Of a DNA stretch of 41,535 bases, positions 9,273-17,727 are shown piece after piece. A program made the position numbers and the translations under genes. The DNA comes from Fidelibacterota bacterium (GTDB taxonomy: Bacteria > Fidelibacterota > Marinisomatia > Marinisomatales > Marinisomataceae). The notes beneath the pieces are model-generated. The model saw nothing but the letters and a program-made list of their open reading frames with translations. It made no database searches and was not told the origin of the DNA. The stretch lies in contig JAAZXT010000013.1 in the NCBI GenBank assembly GCA_014240005.1, forward strand, positions 1 through 41,535, written 5' to 3'. The first letter of the stretch is position 1. Every line of letters starts with the position of its first letter.

Positions 9273-11208
9273 TCGGAACTCTCCTATCGTTTATTTCATC
9301 TAAGATTTCAGTAGAGAAATCTTTCAATGAAATGGTTTGTTGTTGTTTTATAAATCTTCTTCTAACGGTAAGAGTATTGCCTTCCACTTCTTTTTCACCT
9401 ACAATTACCATAATATTTATCTTTTGCATTTCTGCATCTCTAATTTTTGAACCAATCTTCTCTGATCGACTATCTACATCCACTCTTACCCCATGAGCCT
9501 TTAATGATTCAGATATATTATATGCATAATCATTGAATTTATCAGAAACAGGTAGAATGATTACTTGTTTTGGAGCAAGCCATAATGGAAAATTTCCACC
9601 AAAGTGCTCAATAAGGAACCCAATAAATCGTTCGTGTGTACCTAATGGAGCTCTATGAATACATAGTGGAGTTTTAGATTTACCATCGACATCTTTATAA
9701 GTTAGATTAAAACGCTCAGGAACTGCAAAATCTACCTGATTAGTAGCCAAACTGAACTCTTTTCCTATTGCGCTCCAAACTTGAACATCTATTTTTGGAC
9801 CATAAAATGCAGCATCTCCAACAGATTCAGTGAATTTCAATCCAGCATCTTTTAAAGCATTTCTTACGTCATCCTCTGTTTTTTTCCAGAGCTTAGGATT
9901 ATTGATATATTTTTTTCCTAACCCTTTAGAATCATGCAGACCTAATCTCATTTCATATTTTTCTATTCCAAAGATTTTAAAATAGTCCATATACAGATTA
10001 CATACGGCTATAAACTCTTCTTTAAATTGGTCTTCAGTACAGTAGATGTGAGCATCATTCATTTGCATGCTTCTTACGCGCATTAACCCAAATAATTCAC
10101 CTGATTTTTCATATCGATAACATGTTCCATATTCTGATAAGCGATATGGTAAATCTCGGTAACTTTTAGGTGTATTGGCGTAGATTTTATGATGGTGAGG
10201 ACAATTCATTGGTTTCATATAATAATCAGTTCCGTCTACATCCATTGCTGGGTACATACTTGACCTATAATGCTCTAGATGACCAGATTTTTCATATAAA
10301 GCCCCCTTAGTAAGATGTGGGGTTCTAACTCTCTTATAACCGCCCAAATCTTCTTTTTCTTTTGCAAGAGCTTCTAATTCATCGATTATAACAGCTCCAT
10401 TTGGAGTCCATAAAGGTAGACCGGGACCCACCTCTTCGTCATGAAAGTATAAATCTAATTCTTTTCCAATTTTACGATGATCTCTTTTCTTCTGCTCTTC
10501 AAGCATTAATAGGTATTTTTTAAGCTCTTTAGCGCTAGTAAAAGATGTACCATACACGCGTTGTAATGTTTGATTATTCTCATCTCCTCTCCAATAAGCC
10601 GCTGAAGATGATAATAATTTAAAATGTTGGATTGTACCAGTAGATGGAACATGTGGTCCTCTACAAAGGTCAGTAAAATCTCCTTGAGCATATACTTTAA
10701 GTACCTCAGATTTATCTAAATCGTTAATAATCTCTACCTTATAGTCTTCTCCAATTTTTTTAAAGAATTTTAATGCTTCTTTTCTTGATTTCACTTCATG
10801 TACAATCTCCAGATTTTCTTGAGATATTTTTAACATTTCTTTTTCAATTTTTAATAAATCTTGTTCTGTAAAAGGAGTTTCTACATCAAAATCATAGTAA
10901 AACCTATTTTCTAAATAAGGTCCGATAGTTACTTTTGTTTTAGGATATAATCTTTTTACTGCTTGAGCCATTAAATGAGCGGTACTATGTAGTAGCACGC
11001 TATGTCCATCTTTGCTCTTACCGTCAAGAAATTGAACAGTAGCGTCACCAGTTAATGAAGTGCTTAAATCAGTAAGAATATCATCAACCTTGCAAATAAT
11101 AGTATCTTTTGCAATCCCTTTTGTTGAAGATAGTATTTCTAATGGTGTTGTTCCGTTTGGATAGCTTTCTGCACCAATCCCGACAACGTTAATGGAAATA
11201 TTTTTCAC
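9268..11208 (-). CDS. thrS: Threonine--tRNA ligase (GTG start)
   Basis: 646 aa. TGS, second additional domain, class II core (MNCPHHH, FRYE..SGEL.GL.RVR) and anticodon-binding domain. GTG at 11208 overlaps the upstream stop as GTGA. Confidence 0.95.
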   Translation of the reverse strand: MKNISINVVGIGAESYPNGTTPLEILSSTKGIAKDTIICKVDDILTDLSTSLTGDATVQFLDGKSKDGHSVLLHSTAHLMAQAVKRLYPKTKVTIGPYLENRFYYDFDVETPFTEQDLLKIEKEMLKISQENLEIVHEVKSRKEALKFFKKIGEDYKVEIINDLDKSEVLKVYAQGDFTDLCRGPHVPSTGTIQHFKLLSSSAAYWRGDENNQTLQRVYGTSFTSAKELKKYLLMLEEQKKRDHRKIGKELDLYFHDEEVGPGLPLWTPNGAVIIDELEALAKEKEDLGGYKRVRTPHLTKGALYEKSGHLEHYRSSMYPAMDVDGTDYYMKPMNCPHHHKIYANTPKSYRDLPYRLSEYGTCYRYEKSGELFGLMRVRSMQMNDAHIYCTEDQFKEEFIAVCNLYMDYFKIFGIEKYEMRLGLHDSKGLGKKYINNPKLWKKTEDDVRNALKDAGLKFTESVGDAAFYGPKIDVQVWSAIGKEFSLATNQVDFAVPERFNLTYKDVDGKSKTPLCIHRAPLGTHERFIGFLIEHFGGNFPLWLAPKQVIILPVSDKFNDYAYNISESLKAHGVRVDVDSRSEKIGSKIRDAEMQKINIMVIVGEKEVEGNTLTVRRRFIKQQQTISLKDFSTEILDEINDRRVPN

Positions 11209-11918
11209 TGTATATTATTATCTATAACAAACATGACCATTGAAAATAAACTTACCATACTAAAGACACCTACACGATGTCTTCTCACTAAAAATTTCTC
11301 TTCTTCTGTTAAATCAGCTCCATTTAAGTCTGATGCCATACTCTGCTCTTGTTGTCCATCATAATAGTGTGCATAGAATTGATCCAACCAATGCATACCT
11401 TTTTCGCAATCTAAGTCATCACTTGCACAGTGCGTAAGAAAAACAGATGATTCGGTTCCTGGAATTGGACGCGCATATTTTGTTGCTAATTCCATTTTCT
11501 CAAACTCATTTTGCAAAAATTCAAATTCTTCAATATCTCTAGAATCAAAGTCAAATGTCTGTAATTCTCTTGTAATAGCCTGATATTCGGCTTGAGTATA
11601 TAGACTGATAACATAACGTTGGTTATCTGTAGGTAAGGCTATTTTTGCTGGAAATATTCTTTCTGAAGACTGCCATGGTAAATTCCATACATACACATCT
11701 GCTACAGCAACATTAGAATATACATTTACAATTGATTCAGCTTTTAGATTTGCTCTACTTCTTTGTTGATAATTATCGCTACCAGGATCGTCTGGTTCTA
11801 TTTCAACATTTTGACCGATAAGGAATTGCATACCAAGAAGTAGAGTAAAAAGAGTTTTTGCTGTTCTCATCGAAGAAAATTTAATATAGAATAAGTCAAA
11901 AAGGTATGATTTTATCAT
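11205..11918 (-). CDS. Hypothetical secreted protein with C-terminal TM anchor
   Basis: 237 aa. Signal-like MRTAKTLFTLLLGMQFLIGQ, so the start may be Met17 at 11870. C-terminal hydrophobic VGVFSMVSLFSMVMFVI. No family recognised. ATGA overlap upstream and GTGA overlap with thrS. Confidence 0.5.
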   Translation of the reverse strand: MIKSYLFDLFYIKFSSMRTAKTLFTLLLGMQFLIGQNVEIEPDDPGSDNYQQRSRANLKAESIVNVYSNVAVADVYVWNLPWQSSERIFPAKIALPTDNQRYVISLYTQAEYQAITRELQTFDFDSRDIEEFEFLQNEFEKMELATKYARPIPGTESSVFLTHCASDDLDCEKGMHWLDQFYAHYYDGQQEQSMASDLNGADLTEEEKFLVRRHRVGVFSMVSLFSMVMFVIDNNIQ

Positions 11919-12379
11919 CTAAAAGTCATTACTACTTGCTCGTAAGCAAAGCAGTTTACCCAGATATCAAAATACTCTTCTGCGGTCGATCTACCGTATT
12001 CGTCAACTAGAATTTCTAAAAGATCATAGCTTTTATCTTCAAGATAAGGGTTAGCAACATAAATGAATGTATAAGTTCCGTCTTCATTAGGGGCTTCTGG
12101 TGCTAAAAATTTTAAACTATTATAAACATCTATATCATTACGTTTTATTGCTGGAAAAATAATGTTTTTGTTTATCATTTCGAATTTTGCACTTTTTGCA
12201 GGAAGAATATGATTTATAGCTAGCATTGTTGATGCGGAGGAATCATACGCGATAGCATCTAACGTTACTGATTCCTTAGAACGCTTCTTAGAAACTTGTT
12301 TTGCTAAGTTCTCTCCCAATGAAAGTGATACACACCCATTGATAAATAATGCTAATACTACTATTGTAATTTTTTTCAT
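11915..12379 (-). CDS. Hypothetical lipoprotein (154 aa)
   Basis: I start it at ATG 12379 (MKKITIVVLALFINGCVSLS, lipobox) with AAGAGGA 5 nt upstream. The 13-codon extension in the ORF track (to 12418) has no SD. No family recognised. Confidence 0.6.
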   Translation of the reverse strand: MKKITIVVLALFINGCVSLSLGENLAKQVSKKRSKESVTLDAIAYDSSASTMLAINHILPAKSAKFEMINKNIIFPAIKRNDIDVYNSLKFLAPEAPNEDGTYTFIYVANPYLEDKSYDLLEILVDEYGRSTAEEYFDIWVNCFAYEQVVMTFR

Positions 12380-12389
12380 ATTAATCCTC

Positions 12390-12458
12390 TTAAAAAAGTG
12401 ACAATGATACACAACCATTTAAAAATAAAATAATTCCTAATAAAATAAGTCTTTTCAT
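12390..12458 (-). CDS. Unannotated 22-codon ORF encoding a lipoprotein-signal-peptide look-alike (MKRLILLGIILFLNGCVSLSLF)
   Basis: Hand translation of the 49-nt gap. AGGAG lies 6 nt upstream of the ATG at 12458. The TAA abuts the SD of the next gene. Matches the next gene's first 21 residues 13/21 (identical NGCVSLSL block) with different synonymous codons. Whether it is expressed is unknown. Confidence 0.4.
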   Translation of the reverse strand: MKRLILLGIILFLNGCVSLSLF

Positions 12459-12467
12459 GAGTTTCTC

Positions 12468-14678
12468 CTAAAATAAGTATTGAAATTTAATAAAATACTG
12501 TCGTTGGCTTTCTTTTAAACCTGAAAACATACTGTCTTCTGATCTTAAAAGATCATTTATGCCAACATATAGCGCACTAAATGCATTTGGCTGATATGTA
12601 ACCATCGGTTCAATAAACCAAGTATCTGAGAAACCGCTATATTGAACCTTAGTTCTCATTGTTAATTTATTGCTAAAAGAATGGTTAAATCTTGATTGTA
12701 ATATCTCTCCACTATAATAATCTTTAACATCTTGATACTGTAACCCTAAAGAAAAATTGCTGGAATCTGAAATTTTATATTCGACATAGCCATAAACTCC
12801 ATAGCTATCGCCCTGTTCTGGAATATCAAGATATCTAATGATTTCATCACCAAAATGAATTCCACCGTGAAACTTAGTATTCTCATTTAGGTTTCTAGTA
12901 TAATTAGTATGAAAACCAGCGCTCTCAAATTGAACGCCTTTAAAATTTTCTTCAGAAAATTCCATTTCCAACATCATATCAGAGCCGTCTGTAAAATCAA
13001 TACCAATTCCACCTTCTAACTCTTTATTTTTCACCAAGCTATCATAATTTGTTTTGTAGATGACGCTTGTCGCATAATCTATTTTTACTAACGTAGGATG
13101 ATTGTCATAATAAATGGATTTAGCCCTTCCAAGTTTAGCCCATTTTGTAGAATTGTTTCCCTCAAATCCATTACTTGTTCTAAACCCAGGAGAGCGCAAA
13201 CGCACTGTAAGGCCCATTCTGTCAGTTCGATCCATTTTATGTAAACTGAACCCTAGCGCATTTCCAGAAATTTTCTCACCATCAAAGGCCATAGTATTTC
13301 CATCAATCAGTTGCAATGCGATATCTTCACCTTCTGGATTATATTCAAGATTATTTGATTCGTTATGTACTGAGGCTACTCCATGTAACGTTAAATGAAG
13401 GTTATTGCCTGGATGGTAATGAAAATCAATACCACCGGTAGTCGCATCTCCAGCATTATCAAATACTCTATTTGTAATAATACCTCCAATAGAGCCACCA
13501 TTTTTAAGCATACGTTTAACACGAACAATATTAGAAGAGCTTTTCCCCATGCTAACCACTGTGCTTGATTCTTCAAAAGGCAATAATAATGAAGATGATT
13601 CATCTCTGGCGCTGATTACACCGTATGAAGTCTTTCCAAACTTTCCAGTATATTTTGCAGCAATCGATGGATCGTTAATTGTTCTAGAGTAAAATAGATT
13701 TATATATCCTCTTTGCCTGTCGAATTTAAAGAGTTCTGCTCCCTCACTAAAGAAAGGTCTTCTTTCTCGAAAGTAAAGCGCATTAACGGTATTAATATCA
13801 TTTTGTATATCATCTGATTCTATTTGACTAAAGTCTGGATCAAATGCTACTTCTAATAAATCTACTGATGAGATAGGATATTTTATAAACATGGATACTT
13901 CGTCATTTGATGAAGTAGTATTATTGTCAAAATCTTCCGAAAAGCCACCTACAAGAGAAGGAATATATTCTATATCACCCCTTTCTTGTTTTGGAGGCTG
14001 GATATCATCTAAAAACCCTAACTGACAAGTTTGGCACTCTATTCCGTCTACTTTTGACGCCCAATATACATAGCGAGTTAATTCATCATTGCCAGTAAAT
14101 CCTCTACCGAAATTTATTCTCCATGTTTGTGTTGAAGCTAAAGAATATCGAAGACTGGTAAATGGAATGGCCATTTCTACTTCATAACGATCTTCATAAA
14201 TTTTTACTTCAGTTTGGTATATTAAATCTAAAGATTGGTCAAATCCAAAAGTGGCGCGTCCATCTATTTGAGCATTACCAGCACTTACTCCTATACCATA
14301 TGTAAGAGATTCATCGCCAAATGCATCAATATTAATCCAAACCCTATCGTCTCTATCGTCAAGATTATCTCTTTTTGTTATACTGAATCGTAAATCTTCT
14401 CTATCGATATAGGCTACAAATCCAACATAAAGATGGGTGTCGTCATATAAAAGTCTAGCTTCGGTGTTTAGTGGTGCAGGTTTTCCTTGAAATAGTCCAC
14501 TGCTGATAAAATTAGTAGCAACCTGTGCTGTTAACCATACCTCTTCATCTAATACGCCGTCCAAAACAATTGATGATGTAATTTTTTGTGGATTATAATT
14601 AGGTCTTTCTGTTAAATCTTTAAAAGATTGAGCAAACAGATTGGTCAATAATAGAGATATAATTAAATAATTTTTCAT
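12468..14678 (-). CDS. CBM9-like / DUF5916-like outer-membrane or secreted protein
   Basis: 736 aa. Signal peptide. N-terminal DGVLDEEVW...THLYVGF module like family-9 carbohydrate-binding domains, followed by a long beta-rich region ending in ...YFIKFQYLF (aromatic terminus). Family name from memory. Confidence 0.6.
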   Translation of the reverse strand: MKNYLIISLLLTNLFAQSFKDLTERPNYNPQKITSSIVLDGVLDEEVWLTAQVATNFISSGLFQGKPAPLNTEARLLYDDTHLYVGFVAYIDREDLRFSITKRDNLDDRDDRVWINIDAFGDESLTYGIGVSAGNAQIDGRATFGFDQSLDLIYQTEVKIYEDRYEVEMAIPFTSLRYSLASTQTWRINFGRGFTGNDELTRYVYWASKVDGIECQTCQLGFLDDIQPPKQERGDIEYIPSLVGGFSEDFDNNTTSSNDEVSMFIKYPISSVDLLEVAFDPDFSQIESDDIQNDINTVNALYFRERRPFFSEGAELFKFDRQRGYINLFYSRTINDPSIAAKYTGKFGKTSYGVISARDESSSLLLPFEESSTVVSMGKSSSNIVRVKRMLKNGGSIGGIITNRVFDNAGDATTGGIDFHYHPGNNLHLTLHGVASVHNESNNLEYNPEGEDIALQLIDGNTMAFDGEKISGNALGFSLHKMDRTDRMGLTVRLRSPGFRTSNGFEGNNSTKWAKLGRAKSIYYDNHPTLVKIDYATSVIYKTNYDSLVKNKELEGGIGIDFTDGSDMMLEMEFSEENFKGVQFESAGFHTNYTRNLNENTKFHGGIHFGDEIIRYLDIPEQGDSYGVYGYVEYKISDSSNFSLGLQYQDVKDYYSGEILQSRFNHSFSNKLTMRTKVQYSGFSDTWFIEPMVTYQPNAFSALYVGINDLLRSEDSMFSGLKESQRQYFIKFQYLF

Positions 14679-14771
14679 GATAAGGCACCCAATAATAATG
14701 AATATATTTTTAATACAGAACTACTATTTAGATATTTATTTTCGATTAAAGTTGCAAAGAAAAAATATTTT

Positions 14772-15692
14772 TTAAAGATGAAATTTTTGATTTCTTTTAG
14801 CGATATTGAAACCACTAGTTTTTATCATCTTCATCGCATCTGAATATCTATTTAATGCGGGATTTGTATGATTGAGATGGATAAAATGTACTCCAGATTT
14901 ACTATTAACATTATCTAACGTTTCAATAGATTCAACAATAAATGGATGTGGAATTTTTGACATATCCCTTCCTGGTAATTCATTGATATCATAAAATGTA
15001 CCATCTAAGAGACTAAAATCATTATCATTTACTACATCCTCAATATTTTGACTCCACTTTTCCCACTTATCTATATCCGGAATGAATATTAACGATTTAT
15101 TTGGTCCGTTAATTTTATATCCCACTGTTTCAGAAAATTCATCACGATGAGGAACAATGAACGGCGTAATACTCAAATTATCATTCAGCTCAATTGTAGT
15201 GTCATGTTGAAGGTCTTTAATATCAATATTATTTAAATCGACAAGTTGACTCCAAGGACCATTACTAGTTAAGAATTGTTCCATTTTTGGCATTGCATAT
15301 ACTGGAATCTCTTTTGCACCCATAACTTCACGTCCTAGATGCATTAATCCTGTATAGTGACCAATGTGAGCATGGGTTAGAAAAACACCCTTAAACACCC
15401 TTTTTTGATCCACTGTTAATGTATTTAACTGTAAGGAGAAGTCTGGTGTAGCATCAATCATCCATACTTCATTGGTTGAAGGATCAACAATACCAATACT
15501 TGATACTTGGTTGTGTAATTTTGGATTATCCCATTTATTGATGCAACACTCCTTTGTGCATGCAGCATGAGGAGCACCACCATCTTGAGCAATACCTAAC
15601 ACAACAATGTATGGGTTATCATTCTTAGGTAAGGTCCAACCGATAAGAAAAATCGATAAAACTATAAAAGATATAAAAAACCTATTCAACAA
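14772..15692 (-). CDS. PqqB-like MBL-fold metallo-hydrolase, signal/TM anchored (TTG start)
   Basis: 306 aa. GIAQDGGAPHAAC and THAHIGHYTGL motifs as in the PqqB-type MBL family. No other pqq genes in the window. The start codon TTG at 15692 has no obvious SD. Confidence 0.6.
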   Translation of the reverse strand: MLNRFFISFIVLSIFLIGWTLPKNDNPYIVVLGIAQDGGAPHAACTKECCINKWDNPKLHNQVSSIGIVDPSTNEVWMIDATPDFSLQLNTLTVDQKRVFKGVFLTHAHIGHYTGLMHLGREVMGAKEIPVYAMPKMEQFLTSNGPWSQLVDLNNIDIKDLQHDTTIELNDNLSITPFIVPHRDEFSETVGYKINGPNKSLIFIPDIDKWEKWSQNIEDVVNDNDFSLLDGTFYDINELPGRDMSKIPHPFIVESIETLDNVNSKSGVHFIHLNHTNPALNRYSDAMKMIKTSGFNIAKRNQKFHL

Positions 15693-15699
15693 AGGACGA

Positions 15700-17571
15700 C
15701 TATCCGCCTAAATGATCGATGCCGTCAGATGATTTTGTTAGTGCTTTTTTAGCATCATACATGTCATCAATCTCATCTTTATGCTTTGTTGTAACCACTT
15801 TGCGCTTTATAGACATCTTTGGTGTTAGTTCACCTGCATCAACTGTCCATTCTTCATGAATAAGGACAAACTTACGAACAGATTCATATCTAGAGAAGTT
15901 TGTCATTACATCCTTAACGATTAGATCAATCATATCATAAGCATCAGGATGTGCACATAGACTTTTATAGTCTAAAGATGCTAAACCTTTACTCTCTGCC
16001 CAAGCTATTAGGTTTTCTTTGTTTGGAACAATAAGAGCTGTAATAAAGTTTCTGTCATCTCCTACAACATTACATTGTTCAATGTATTTACTGGATGTAA
16101 GTGAAACTTCCATAGGTTGAGGTGCAACATTTTTACCACCAGATGTTACAATTAAGCTTTTCTTTCTATCGGTAATACGTAAAAGACCATCTTCATCAAA
16201 TTTACCAATATCTCCAGAATGGAACCAGCCATCAACAATAGCTTCATTGGTTGCCTCTTCATTCTTGTAATACCCTTGCATTACACAATGGCCCCTACAT
16301 AAGATTTCGCCATCCTCAGCAATTTTCACTTCAACGCCAGGAATAGCTTTACCTACTGTACCAAATTTAAAGAAATCAGGATGTCCAATTGTCATCACTG
16401 GACTTGTTTCCGTTAAACCATAACCCTCGATAATTGAAATTCCAATTCCACAGAAAAAAGATCCAACCTCTTTAGATAATGCAGAACCTCCTGATGAACA
16501 AGCTCTAACCTTTCCACCTAAAGCTGCTCTAAATTTGTTTAATACCAATTTATCAGCAATATTGTATTTTAAGCCTAACATAAATGGAAGTTTTTTACTT
16601 GCTTGACGATATGGCACCGTTTGCATTCCAACAGCAATAGACCACTCAGCAAGAGATTTTTTAACTCCAGTCATATCAGAAACAGTATCCATTATTTTTG
16701 CATGTATTTTTTCAAAAATTCTTGGAACAGCTGTTAAAAATGTTGGTTGAACTTCTCTTATGTTTTCAAATAATATTTCAGGCGTAAAATTCATTTCAGC
16801 ATAATATATAGAAGTTCCTTGGCTAAAAATTGAATAATGACCACCTACTCTTTCAAAACTGTGACTTATTGGTAAGAATGAAACAAATCTTTCTATACCA
16901 TCGGCTGGCTTTAATTCAGGATTAAGTTCCATTGCTGCCTTAATAATGCTATCAATTGAGAGAAGATTATTACAAATATTTGCATGACTTAGCATAACAC
17001 CTTTAGGATTTCCTGTGGTACCACTAGTATAAATAAGCGTTAATAAGTCATCCTCTACTACTGTTTTTGAGAGTTCACGAATATCGTGCACTTCATCTTT
17101 CATTTTAAAGACTTCAGAAAACTTGATCACATTTTCTTTATTACCATTATAATTATCATCCATAACTATAATAGTTTTTAAATTTGAATTTTCATCATTT
17201 ATCAAAGGGTAAACCTTATCGAGTTGAAGAGCATCTTGCACAATGGCAACCTTACTCTCTGAATGGTCTACGACATATCTGGACTGAGCTGGAATAAGTG
17301 TCGGATAAACTGGAACAGAAACAGCTCTAATATGTGCAATTGCATAGTCTGAAATAGCCCATTGACGAGAATTTGCACCGACAATTGCTACCTTCTCATG
17401 TTGATTAATACCTAAATTTTTTAATCCATTTGCAAAGTCTTCAACTAATTTTTGTAAATCTATTAATTCAATACCATCCCATCCATTTGGACCTTTTGTA
17501 AAAAAGGTTTTTTGGTTTGGTCTTTCTTCTACTAAATGTTGAAACATTTGTGGTACGGTTTTAAATGACAC
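15700..17571 (-). CDS. Long-chain-fatty-acid--CoA ligase (AMP-forming, ANL superfamily; GTG start)
   Basis: 623 aa. YTSGTTGNPKGV, GYGLTETS, GWFHSGD, TPKMSIKRK. AAGGAG lies 6 nt upstream of the GTG. Confidence 0.85.
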   Translation of the reverse strand: MSFKTVPQMFQHLVEERPNQKTFFTKGPNGWDGIELIDLQKLVEDFANGLKNLGINQHEKVAIVGANSRQWAISDYAIAHIRAVSVPVYPTLIPAQSRYVVDHSESKVAIVQDALQLDKVYPLINDENSNLKTIIVMDDNYNGNKENVIKFSEVFKMKDEVHDIRELSKTVVEDDLLTLIYTSGTTGNPKGVMLSHANICNNLLSIDSIIKAAMELNPELKPADGIERFVSFLPISHSFERVGGHYSIFSQGTSIYYAEMNFTPEILFENIREVQPTFLTAVPRIFEKIHAKIMDTVSDMTGVKKSLAEWSIAVGMQTVPYRQASKKLPFMLGLKYNIADKLVLNKFRAALGGKVRACSSGGSALSKEVGSFFCGIGISIIEGYGLTETSPVMTIGHPDFFKFGTVGKAIPGVEVKIAEDGEILCRGHCVMQGYYKNEEATNEAIVDGWFHSGDIGKFDEDGLLRITDRKKSLIVTSGGKNVAPQPMEVSLTSSKYIEQCNVVGDDRNFITALIVPNKENLIAWAESKGLASLDYKSLCAHPDAYDMIDLIVKDVMTNFSRYESVRKFVLIHEEWTVDAGELTPKMSIKRKVVTTKHKDEIDDMYDAKKALTKSSDGIDHLGG

Positions 17572-17600
17572 TTTTTTCTCCTTGGTTAAATACTATACTA

Positions 17601-17635
17601 TTGACAAACTACATAATTTACGTGAAATTTGTCAA
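17601..17635. promoter_or_regulatory. Inverted repeat TTGACAAA-N19-TTTGTCAA; both arms read TTGACA outward (candidate interleaved divergent promoters or an operator)
   Basis: Seen directly in the 71-nt gap between the acyl-CoA ligase start (17571, minus) and the tRNA-Leu 5' end (17643, plus). Possible -10 boxes are TGAAAT (17623..17628, plus) and TGTAGT (17613..17608, minus), each 4/6 matches. Confidence 0.35.
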
Positions 17636-17642
17636 CATTTTT

Positions 17643-17726
17643 GCCGGGGTGGCGGAATTGGTAGACGCGCCGGATTCAAAATCCGGTGAGGATTTCCTCA
17701 TGTCGGTTCGAGCCCGACCCTCGGTA
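17643..17726 (+). tRNA. tRNA-Leu (anticodon CAA), class II long variable arm, no encoded CCA
   Basis: Hand fold: acceptor GCCGGGG/CCTCGGT, D arm GCG..CGC, anticodon stem CCGGA/TCCGG with loop TTCAAAA, variable stem GAGGA/TCCTC, T arm GTCGG-TTCGAGC-CCGAC, discriminator A. Confidence 0.9.
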
Positions 17727-17727
17727 C

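Noticed and set aside
12380-12418. 13-codon N-terminal extension (MVVYHCHFFKRIN) of the 167-aa ORF
   Set aside because: It has no SD. It is the out-of-frame reading of the mini-ORF region. The internal ATG at 12379 has a strong SD and gives a canonical lipoprotein signal.
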